From NCBI GenBank assembly GCA_038087875.1, contig CM075994.1, positions 8,000,001-8,064,000 on the forward strand: a DNA stretch of 64,000 nt, written 5' to 3'. Every line of letters starts with the position of its first letter. Within the stretch, counting starts at the first letter, position 1. Of the stretch, positions 28,001 to 40,000 are shown one piece after another. The notes under the pieces are model-generated. The model made no database searches, was not told where the DNA came from, and saw nothing but the letters and a program-made list of their open reading frames with translations. The stretch comes from Malacoraja senta. Taxonomy: Eukaryota. Position numbers and translations under genes: made by a program.

Positions 28001-31000
28001 AGTGCATCTGGTAGCTGAAAGCACACAGGCAGACACATACAGTCAGACACAGGGCGACACACAGTTAGAGGGATATTGCCCGCTCCCTCCATTCCCTGCA
28101 CATCCATGCGCCCGTCCTAAATCCTCTTAAACCCCCCACTATCGTATCTGCCTCCACTACCACCCCTGGCAGTGCATTCTAGGCCCCGCCCATCGTCTGA
28201 AGAAGGGTCTCGACCCGAAACGTCACCCATTCCTTCTCTCCAGAGATGCTGCCTGTCCCGCTGAGTTACTCCAGCACTTTGTGTCTATCTTCTGTAACCT
28301 TTGCCCCTTTCACCTCAAAGTTAGGCCCTCTGGCCTTTGATTGTAACATCCTGTGAATTAGGTTCTACCTACCCTATCTACCAAAGATCCTTTAGCGAGC
28401 AAGATAGACCACTCGACGAAAAAGACGTAGTACGGTCCATGGGCAGATTGATGGGTAATTTCCGGCCCCATTTCCGTAACCGGCTTCCGTCTCCGCACCA
28501 AAGATCCCATAGGATAATAGTGCGGAGACGGAAACATCCTCGTAAAAATCCCGGTTACGGAAACATCCTCGTAAAAATCCGGTTACGGAAACATCCTCGT
28601 AAAAATAAATGTTCTTTGGTAAAAAATCTTCTCCTCATTTTCAGAATTATAATTTATTAACACAAACTGTTCCCCGCAACGTTGATTACACCCGGGTCGG
28701 GTTATGGAAATGGATGAAAAAAAGTCCCCCGTTCCGCTCCATTGCGTACTACACGTCAGCCCATTGCATTTAGCAGGAGTGGTCGATCTTGCTCCCCTAT
28801 AGGATCTTTGCTATCTACTGTATGTCTAGTTTGACGTGTAGAAGGGTCTCGACCCGAAACGTCACCCATTCCTTCTCTCCAGAGACGCTGCCCGTCCCGC
28901 TGAGTTACTCCAGCATTTTAGTGTCTATCTTCTGTAACCCTTTGCCCCTTTCACCTCAAAGTTAGGCTCTCTAGCCTTTGATTGTAACATCCTGCAAAAA
29001 TCAGCGTGTAGGAAGGAACTGCAGACGCTGGTTTAAAACGAAGATAGACGCAAAAAGCTGGAGTAACTCAGCGGGACAGGCAGCATCTCTGGAGAGAAGG
29101 AATGGGTGACGTTCGGGTCGAGACCCTTCTTCAGACTTAGTTTAGTCTAGTTTAGAGATACAGCAAGGAAACAGGCCCCTTCAGCCCACCGAGTCCGTGC
29201 CGACCAGCGATCCCCGCACACTAATACTATCCCACACACACTGGGGACAATTGACACTTAAATCAAGCCAATTAACCTACAAACCCGCACGTCTTTGGAG
29301 TGTGGGAGGAAACCGAAGATGTTGGAGGAATCCCACGCAGGTCACGGGGAGAACGTACAAACTCCGTACAGACAGCACCCGTGGTCGGAATCGAACCCGG
29401 GGTCTCAGGCGCTGTGAGTCAGCAACTCTANNNNNNNNNNNNNNNNNNNNNNNNNNNNNNNNNNNNNNNNNNNNNNNNNNNNNNNNNNNNNNNNNNNNNN
29501 NNNNNNNNNNNNNNNNNNNNNNNNNNNNNNNNNNNNNNNNNNNNNNNNNNNNNNNNNNNNNNNNNNNNNNNNNNNNNNNNNNNNNNNNNNNNNNNNNNNN
29601 NNNNNNNNNNNNNNNNNNNNNNNNNNNNNNAAAATTAAACTATACTCTTTTTGTTTCATCCTAACTATCGGCCTATCTTTTTTCCATTGTTAGTTAACTT
29701 CTGGCATAGTCGCTAAACTAACTAAACTAAATTAACTAAACAAAGACAGGAGAGGGCAGTTTTATGAGTCTTTTGGACAATGGTTTGGAGGCTAGGAATG
29801 AACTGCAGATGCTGGTTTACACCGAAGATAGACACAGAATGCTGGAGTAACTCAGCGGGTCAGGCAGCATCTCTGGGGAGAAGGAACGGGTGACGTTTCG
29901 GGGTCGAGACCCTTCTTCAGGCTGAGAGTCAGGGAAAGGGAAATGAGTGATATGCAAGGGTGTGAAAACGACAGATCAAAGAGGACAGTGATCAATGAAA
30001 TATAAGGTACACAAAAATGCTGGAGAAACTCAGCGGGTGCAGCAGCATCTATGGAGCGAAGGAAATAGGTAACGTTTCGGGTTGAAACCCTTCTTCAGAC
30101 AATCAGTAATATTTAATCAGGAGGACAGTGGAACTAGTTGGAGAACTAGAGTGGGGGAGGGACGGAGAGAGAGGGGTAAAGCAAGGGTTACTTGAAGTTA
30201 GAGAGGTCAATGTTCATACCGCTGGGGTGTAAGCTGCCCGTGAAATATGAGGTGCTGTTCCTCCAATTAGCGCTGGGCCTGACTCTGACAGTGGAGGAGG
30301 CCCAGGACAGAAAGGTCAGTGTGGGAATGGGAGGGGGAGTTAAAGTGTTTGGCAACCAGGAGATCAGGTAGGTTTAGACGGACTGAGCGGAGGTGTTCAG
30401 CGGAACGATCGCCGAGCCTGCGCTTGTTCTCGCCGATGTACAGGAGTCCACACCTGGAGCAGCGTTCCCAACCTGCTTGGGGGGGCCGACAACTGAATCA
30501 CGCGCGTGTACCAGAGGACATAGGTTAAAGGTGAGAGGGCAAGATTCAACACAAACCTGACGAGCAACGTCTCCACACAGAGGGTGGTGGGTGTACGGAA
30601 CGAGCTGCCAGAGGAGGGAGTTGAGGCTGGGGCTATTGCAACCGGGAGATTGCTCGGCCTAGGTAGACTGAGTGTGTGGGAATGGGAGGGGGAGTTAAAG
30701 TGTTTGGCAACCGGGAGATCAGGTAGGCCATTCCTTCTCTCCGTCGCCCATTCCTTCTCTCCAGAGATGCTGCCTGACCTGCTGAGTTTGGTTTAGTTCA
30801 GAGATACAGCGTGGAGGTGAGCATGGCTTTAAGGTGAGAGGTGAGAAAGTTTAAAGGAGACCAGATTAAGTGGGACCCGTTGGGTCCCAGCATCACACGG
30901 GAAGGCTGGTCACCCAACGTAACATTCCACCCTCTCCACCAATTCCAATATCGCTGGCCAGTGGGGGGGGGTTCTGTTGCACTAGTATACGTATTGTGGG

Positions 31001-34000
31001 CCGAAGGGACTGCTTTCCAGAGGGCTAGTAGGGACATTGTGGGCCGGATGGATTATTGGGCTGGCAGCTCAATCACTGAGGCCAGGCAGCTCAGTCACTG
31101 AGGCCTGGCAGTATAGTCACTCAGACCTGGCAGGCTGGCAGCTGAGAAACTGCCAGAAATCTTTACAGAGGGTGGTGGGTGCCTGGAACGCGCTGCCAGG
31201 GGTGGTGGTGGAGGCAGATACGATGGTGGCGCTTTGGGGCGTCACGGTGGCGCAGCGGTAGAGTTGCTGACATACAGCGCTTTCAGCGCCAGAGACCCGG
31301 GTTCGATCCCGACTACGGGGTGCTTGCCTGTACGGAGTTTGTACGTTCTCCCCGTGACCCGCGTGGGTTTTCTCCAAGATCTTCGCTTTCCTCCCATACT
31401 ACGAAGATCTCGGAGAAAACCCACGCGGGTCACGGGGAGAACGTACAAACTCCGTACAGACAGCGCCACTGGTCGGGATGGAACCCGGGTCTCCGGCGCT
31501 GTGAGGCAGCAACTCTACCGCTGCGCCACCGTGACGAGCAGTTACTCCAGCTTACGGTGCCCACAGGAGACACAATCTGCTCCGCCGTTAGCTGACCTGA
31601 TCGAGGTACTTGGTGTCTGGCTCCAGCCCGCTGAGGAGGGTGATGTCAACCACGGCCATGCCCGTCCCCGAGATCAAGTTCTCATGTTCACCATCTTGCC
31701 TTCAAAGGGGGGAAGATCACAAAGGAAAGAGGTTTAGTACGGGGGTTACGGGCAGAAGGCAGGAGAAAGCATTTCGCTCGAGGAGGGCTAGAATACAAAA
31801 ACAGGGATCGTAAAACAACATCGATAGTATAGAGAGCAAACTCAACGCTAGCATTTATTTCAAGAGGGCTGGTATAGGGAGGTTTCACGGCAGTCGGGTC
31901 ACGACCCATGACCCGTACTGTTGCTACGCTACGCCAAATGGATTACACGCGATGAACTGCAGGCAGGCACTTACCTTTGTTTCCAGCGTAGCGGGCCCGT
32001 TAAAACCCGCCGAATGGTCAATTTTTGCGCTGTAAATAATTATGGAAATCGGGATAAGCGTGAGAGACATTTAGCCAACTTCAGAATTCAAAAAGTGAGG
32101 AGAAATGACGGTAGATTGAAGCGAGAGCTGAAAGGAACAACAACAGCCAGAGTGCTTGGCGAACATTGGCCGTTTGCTCACTGCATTTCATCAACTAAGG
32201 CATTATTTGTGTTTTTTCTTGATTCCTTTGGCATCTAAAAAGTTTCAGAAGGGATAATCGCCCCTGTTTCTCGTGGGTTTTTACATACAAAAATAAAACG
32301 CCTCTGAGGCAAAATTTACAACCAGATTTACCACTTCTGAGACTTTTTAGATACCAAAGAAATAAAAAACAAAACAAATAATGCCTTACCGTTAATGAAA
32401 TGCAGCGAACAAACGCGATAATTCCCAATATTTTCAATTCCGATATCTGCACGGCCAATGTTCGCCAAGCACTTTAGCTGCTGTTGTCCCTTCAGCTCTT
32501 GCTTCTCTTTACCTTCATTTCGCTTCACTTTGGGAATTCTGAAGTTGGGTACATGTCTCTCACACTTACCCCGACTTCCACAATTTTTTACAGCGAAAAA
32601 ATCCACTATTTTAGCGTTTTTTTAACGGGTAGGAAAGTACGCGTTTCTAGCATTAATAACATATACCGGAAGTGACGGGTGTCTTCCAGATGGATTGAGA
32701 GGCCCCGTGCGTCGAGCACTTTGAACCGGTGACCTTCCGTGAAACCTCCCTATACAAAAACAGGGATGTAATGCTGAGGCTCTATAAGGCGCTGGTCAGG
32801 CCACATTAGGAATATTGTGAGCAGTTTTGGGCTCCATATCTGAGGAAGGATGTGCTGGCTCCGGAGAGGGTCCAGAGGAGAATGATCCCAGGAATGAGTG
32901 GGTTAACCTATGATGAGCGTTTGCCGGCACTGGGCCTGTACTCGCTGGAGTTTAGAAGGATGAGGGGGCAGCTCATTGAAACGTACAGAATAGTGAAAGG
33001 CGTGGATAGAGTGGATGTGGGGAGGATGTTTCCACCAGTGGGAGAGTCCAGGACCAGAGGGCACAGCCTCAGAATTAAAGGACGTTCTTTAAGGATGGAG
33101 ATGAGGAGGAATTTCTTTGGTCAGTGGGTGGTGAATCTGTGGGATTCTTTACCACAGAAGGCTGTGGAGGCCAAGTCAGTGGATATATTTAAGGCAGAGA
33201 TAGATAGATTCTTGATTAGTACGGGTGTCAGGGGTTACGGGGCGAAGGCTGGAGAATGGGGTTAGGAGGGAGAGATAGATCAGCCACGATTTAATGGCGG
33301 AGTAGACTTGATGGGCCGAATGGCCTAATTCTGCTCCTATTCCTTCTGACTTTATGAGATCAAACTTAGAAGTTGATACTGCACATTACGACTGCATTAA
33401 AAATGGCGATGGGATGAGGAAACAGTTGTCACCACCAGGGTATCTTCCAACCTTACGGTGTGAAAGTTGAAGATAGACACAGGATGCTGGAGTAACTCAG
33501 CGGGACAGGCGGCATCTCTGGAGAGAAGGAATGGGTGATGTTTCGGGTCGAGACCCTTCCTCAGGCCACAAGGGTGGTGGGTGTATGGAACGAGCTGCTG
33601 GAGGAGATAATTGAGGCTTGGACCATCACAAAGTCTAAGTAACATCCAGTCTGCAGAAGGGGCTGGACCGTAACGTCACCCATCCCTTATCTCCACAGAT
33701 GCTGCCTGTCCTGCTGAGTTACTCCAGCGTTTTGTGTCTTATGTGAGAAACACAGGGACAGGGACAGGGACAGGGAAAGATCTAGAGGGATATGGGGCAA
33801 AGGTGGGACTGGTGTAGATGGGGCATGTTGGGCGGCATGGACATGTTGGGCCGAAGGGCCTGTATCCGCGCTGAATGGCTCTATGAAGGATAGAACACGG
33901 CCAGATGGAAGATGGAGTGTTGTTCCTTGTGTTTGAAGAGATGGCTGTCCAACAGATAAGTCATTGAACCAACAGTGCAAGATGAACTAACTCCAGTCAT

Positions 34001-37000
34001 GCTCACCACATGCAGACTTCATAGAAGACCGTCTGGTACTTGGCGGAGTCTGGGACGCTTCTTTTCCTTAGTCCAACCAGGCCGCGTTGCTTCCGGTGGG
34101 ATTCAGCTGGAAGAGACACATCCCAGGTTGCATTAGGGCACTAATCCCACTAGCTGGTGTCCCCCACCCCGTCTCTACGGTGTGTGGCACTGCAGGATGT
34201 GAACTCCTCCTCCAACAGGCCAGTCGCAGTGAGACCAGGCCCCACACACAGGGGAGAGACGGAGACGGAGACGGAGACGGAGACGGAGACGGAGAGGGAG
34301 AGGGAGAGGAGGGAGAGGGAGAGGGAGAGGGAGAGGGAGAGGGAGGAGGGAGACGGAGACGGAGACGGAGACAGAGACGGAGAGGGAGAGGGAGAGGGAG
34401 AGGGAGAGGGAGAGGGAGAGGGAGAGGGAGAGGGAGACGGGAGACGGGGAGACGGGAGACGGGAGACGGGAGACGGGAGACGGGAGACGGGAGACGAGAG
34501 CCAGAGACAAAGAGAAGGACAGAGAGAAAGGGATAGAGAGAGAAAGAGATACGGAGAGGGAAGGGGCGATGGCTTGGGGTGAGAGAGTGAAAGAAAAGGG
34601 TAGAGAGGGAGAGGGAGGGAGGGTGGGGTAGAGAGGGGGGAAGAGAGGGAGAGGGGGAACGGGGAGGAGGGAAAAGAGAGGGAGAGAGGAAAAAGAGAGG
34701 GAAAGAAAGAGAGAGAGGGAAAGGAAGGGGGAGAGAGGGGGGTAGAGAGGAGGTTGATGAGAGAGGGGGAGAGAGGAGGAAGTCTAAAGGAATGTGGATA
34801 AGAAAGGTTGAGGGGGACATGGGCCACACCTGGGGACGAGCTCAGATGGGGTATCTTGGTTGGCATGGGTCAGTAGGGCCGAAGGGCCTGTTTTCTTCTG
34901 AAGGACGCAAGAAATCGCAGCGAATTGTGGACGCAGCCCAGACCATCACACAAACCGACCTCCCTTCCACTGTCTCCATCTACACCTCACGCTGCCTCGG
35001 CAAGGCCAGCAGCATAATCAAGGACCAGTCTCACCCGGGCTACTCCCTCTTCTCCCCTCTCCCATCGGGCAAGAGGTACAGAAGTGTGAAAACACACACC
35101 TCCAGATTCAGGGACAGTTTCTTCCCAGCTGTTATCAGGCAACTGAACCATCCTACCACAACCAGAGAGCGGTCCTGAACGACTATCTACCTCATTGGTG
35201 ACACTCGGACTATCCTTGATCGGACTTTGCTGGCTTTACCTTGTACTAAACGTTATTCCCTTATCATGTATCTGTACACTGTGGACGGCTCATGTATTGT
35301 CTTTCTGCTGACTGGATAGCATGCAACTAAAGCTTTTCATAGGGTCATGAGGAATAGGAGTAGAATTAGGCCATTCGGCCCATCAAGTCCACTCTGCCAT
35401 TCAATTATGGCTGATCTATCTCTCCCTCCTAACCCCATTCTCCTGCCTTCTCCCCGTAACCCCTGACACCGCACTAATCAAGAATCTATCACCGCCTTAA
35501 AAATATCCACTGACTTGGCCTCCACAGCCTTCTGTGGCAAAGAATTGCGCAGATTCACCGCCCTCTGGCTAAAGAAATTCCTCCTCATCCCCATCCTAAC
35601 ATTCTTTAATTCTGAGGCTGTGGCCTCTGGTCCTAGACTCTCCCACCAGTGGAAACATCCTCTCCACATCCACTCTATCCAGGCCTTTCACTATTCCGTG
35701 CACTTCAATGTGGTCCCCCCCCACCCTCATTCTTCTAAACTCCAGCGAGTACAGGCCCAGTGCCGACTCTGTGCCTCGGTATAGGTGACCATAAGCTGAA
35801 CTGGAACGGAAAAGCTTTGGTGAAACAGGGCTTTGTATGCTCACTTACCATGCTTGATGTGGTTTTTGATGGTGATCGAGAGGTGAAGCTTGTCACAACT
35901 GCCAGAACCAAGCTCCATGATGTGGGATATAGACCGTAACTGGAATGTCATAGAGTCACAGAGTCACAGAGTGATACAGTGTGGAAACAGGGCCTTCGGC
36001 CCAACTTGCCCACACCGGCCAACATGTCCCATCTACACTAGTCATAGAGTGATACAGTGTGGAAACAGGCCCTTCGGCCCAACTTGCCCACACCGGCCAA
36101 CATGTCCCAGCTACACTAGTCACTGAGTGATACAGCGTGGAAACAGGCCAACTTGCCCAACTTGCCCACACCGGCCAACATGTCCCATCTACACTAGTCA
36201 TAGAGTGATACAGCGTGGAAACAGGCCCAACTTGCCCAACTTGCCCACACCGGCCAACATGCCCCAGCTACACTAGTCATAGAGAGATACAGTGTGGAAA
36301 CAGGCCCTTCAGCCCAACTTGCCCACACCAACCAACATGTCCCAGCTACACTAGTCATAGAGTGATACAGTGTGGAAACAGGCCCTTCAGCCCAACTCGC
36401 CCATACCGGCCAACATGTCCCAGCTACACCAGTCGTAGAGTGATACAGTGTGGAAACAGGCCCTTCGGCCCAACTCGCCCGCACCGGCCAACATGACCCA
36501 GCTACACTAGTCCCACCTGCCTGCGCTTGGTCCATATCCCTCCAAACCTGTCCTATCCATGTATCTGTCTAACTGTTTCTTAAATGTTGGGATAGTCCCA
36601 GCCTCAACTACCTCCTCTGGCAGCTTGTTCCATACACCCACCAACCTTTGTGTGAAAAAGTTACCCCTCAGATTCCTATTAAATCTTTTCCCCTTCACCT
36701 TAAACCTATGTCCTCTGGTCCTCGATTCCCCTACTCTGGGCAAGAGACTCTGTGCGTCTACCCGATCTATTCCTCTCATGATCTAATACACCTCTGTAAG
36801 ATCACCCCTCATCCTCCTGCGCTCCAAGGAAGAGAGACCCAGCCTGCTCAACCTCTCCTGTAGCTCACACCCTCTAGTCCAGGCAACATCCTCGTAAATC
36901 TTCTCTGTCCCTGTCCCAGCTTGCAGAAACAGTTGCATAAACAAGCTCCCATCTTATATTCCCCGTCCGTTGTTATATGCAGGGTAACGAATAACAAAGC

Positions 37001-40000
37001 TAAGTTCCCACACCAAAATTATTATATCGTTCAAGGAATCTTTTCCTCTAGCCACTATGATTGGAGCTAGTGGGGTTAGGAGATTATATCGATACGCATC
37101 CACAAACTCTCCACGAGACAGTCAATGCCGTGGAAAGTTAAATCTTCAAAACACAGTCTCTTGATTAATAGTTTCTTTACTGTCGTGGTAAAAACAGTGA
37201 GATATTCATCCAACCTTGTTTAAGTACATTTTGATCTTACTCATGGTCAAACTGGTGCATGGTCAAACTGGTGCATAGTCAAACTGGCGCATGGTCAAAC
37301 TTACTCATGGTCAAACTGGTGCATGGTCAAACTGGTGCATGGTCAAACTGGTGCATGGTCAAACTGGTGCATGGTCAAACTGGTGCATGGTCAAACTGGT
37401 GCATGGTCAAACTGGGGCATGGTCAAACTGGTGCATGGTCAAACTGGTGCATGGTCAAACTGGTGCATGGTCAAACTGGTGCATGGTCAAACTGGTGCAT
37501 GGTCAAACTGGGGCATGGTCAAACTGGTGCATGGTCAAACTGGTGCATGGTCAAACTGGGGCATGGTCAAACTGGTGCATGGTCAAACTGGGGCATGGTC
37601 AAACTGGTGCATGGTCAAACTCCATGCATGGTCAAACTGGTGCATGGTCAAACTGGTGCATGGTGGAACTGGTGCATGGTGGAACTGGGGCATGGTGGAA
37701 CTGGTGCATGGTCAAGCTGGTGCATGGTCAAGCTGGTGCATGGTCAAGCTGGTGCATGGTCAAGCTGGTGCATGGTCAAGCTGGTGCATGGTCAAGCTGG
37801 TGCATGGTCAAGCTGGTGCATGGTCAAGCTGGTGCATGGTCAAACTGGTGCATGGTCAAACTCCATGGATACTCAAACTGGTGCAGGGTCTAAAGCTGGG
37901 AGTTCTCCCCCATGCTCCTTCAAGACTAAAACTAAAACTACTAGGGTGTCTGCGTGAGAATCCCAGCCGCAAACACGCCCCCGACTACGTATAAATCCCA
38001 CCCACATCATTACAGGCTGATAAAATGTAACGGTATCTGGTTATAGTTTATAACATACAGAGACAAGCTCAATGGCTACTACAGATTCCATCTCCTGCAC
38101 TGCCAAGTGCTACATAAAAGCCTCTCAGATGCCACTGTCTTATCTGCCTCCACTAACAACTTTTGTGCGTGCAAAAAAAACCAGATGTCCCGCACATCTC
38201 CTTTAAAGACACAAGACTTATAGGTGAAGAAGGGTGTAGGAAGGAACAGGTTTAAACTGAAGATAGACCCACAAAGCTGGAGTAACTCAGCGGGACGGGC
38301 AGCATCTCTGGAGAGAAGGAATGGGTGACGTTTCGGGTCGAGACCTTTCTCCAGACTGAGTGTTGGGGGAGGGGGATAGGAGAGATATAGACGGTGATGT
38401 AGAGAGATATGGAACAAATGAATGAAAGATGTGCAGAAAAGTCACGGTGATAAAGGAAGCAGGCCATTGTTAGCTGTGGGCTAGGTGAAAACGAGTTACA
38501 GACAATGAGACTCAACAAGACAACTGAGCAGGACCAAACTGAAGTATGCCCCACTCCAACCTACCTCGGAGTGACCCTTGACAGGACCCTATCCTTCAAG
38601 GAACATCTCAAAAGAACAGCAGCTAAGGTGAAGTCCAGAAACAATCTCCTCAGTCAGCTTGTTGGCTCAAAGTGGGGGGGCAGCAGCCCCCACACTGCGC
38701 ATTTCAGCACTAGCCCTTGCATTTTCTTCAGCCGAATATTGCGCCCCTGTTTGGTCCAGGTCATCCCACACACACCATGTGGACACCCAATTGAACTCAA
38801 CAATGAGGATCATCACAGGAACAATCCGCTCAACACCACTCCCCTGGCTCCCTGTCCTATCCAATATAGCACCTCCACACATCCGGCGAGTAGCCCTCAC
38901 TCAAAGGATGCTCCAAAAGACCAAAAACTCCCCTCATCTGCCAATTCACATGGACATCTTCAACCCACCCACTGCTCGACTTCCATCTAGACGACCAATT
39001 TGGAAGAACCCACCACCAGCTGATTTCACCACCCAATCAGCTTGGAAAAAGGAATGGGAGTCCAAGGACGTCTCAAATATACATCTGGTGTCAGACCCAA
39101 CCCTACCGGTCCCTGGCACCAATCTCCCAAGGAAGCAGTGGACGACGCTCAATAGATTCAGGACTGGACGGCCCCTGCTTGGCCAGCCTTCACAAATGGG
39201 GCAGCAGCCCAACCCCACGGTGTGCTTGTGGAGAGCAGCAAACAATGCTCTTTAGATTCTGGAGTAGTTCCTGAGGATTGGAGGGTAGCAAACGTAACCC
39301 CACTTTTTAAGAAGGGAGAGAGAGAGAAAACGGGGAATTACAGACCAGTTAGTCTAACATCGGTAGTGGGGAAACTGCTAGAGTCAGTTTATTAAAGATG
39401 GGACAGCAGCACATTGGGAAAGTGGTGAAATCATTGGACAAAGTCAGCATGGATTTACGAAAGGTAAATCATGTCTGACGAATCTTATAGAATTTTTCGA
39501 GGATGTAACGAGTAGAGTGGATAGGGGAGAACCAGTGGATGTGTTATATCTGGACTTTCAGAAGGCTTTCGACAAGGTACCACATAAGAGATTAGGATAC
39601 AAACTTAAATCACACGGTATTGGGGGTTCAGTATTGATGTGGATAGAGAACTGGCTGGCAAACAGGAAGCAAAGAGTAGGAGTAAACGGGTCCTTTTCAC
39701 AATGGCAGGCAGTGACTAGTGGGGTACCGCAAGGCTCAGTGCTGGGACCCCAGCTATTTACAATTTATATTAATGAACTGGATGAGGGAATTGAAAGCAA
39801 CATCTCCAAGTTTGCGGATGACACTAAGCTGGGGGGCAGTGTTAGCTGTGAGGAGGATGCTAGGAGACTGCAAGGTGACTTGGATAGGCTGGGTGAGTGG
39901 GCAAATGTTTGGCAGATGCAGTATAATGTGGATAAATGTGAGGGTATCCACTTTGGTGGCAAAAACGGGAAGGCAGACTATTATCTAAATGGTGGCCGAT

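Noticed and set aside
30860..31160. Possible DNA-transposon fragment starting AAGTGGGACCCGTTGGGTCCC
   Set aside because: No second end or TSD found; cannot classify
37259..37994. Repeat-protein ORFs here and at 52208-53215 and 60634-61291
   Set aside because: Open in several frames because the minisatellite units lack stops; no splice or domain support
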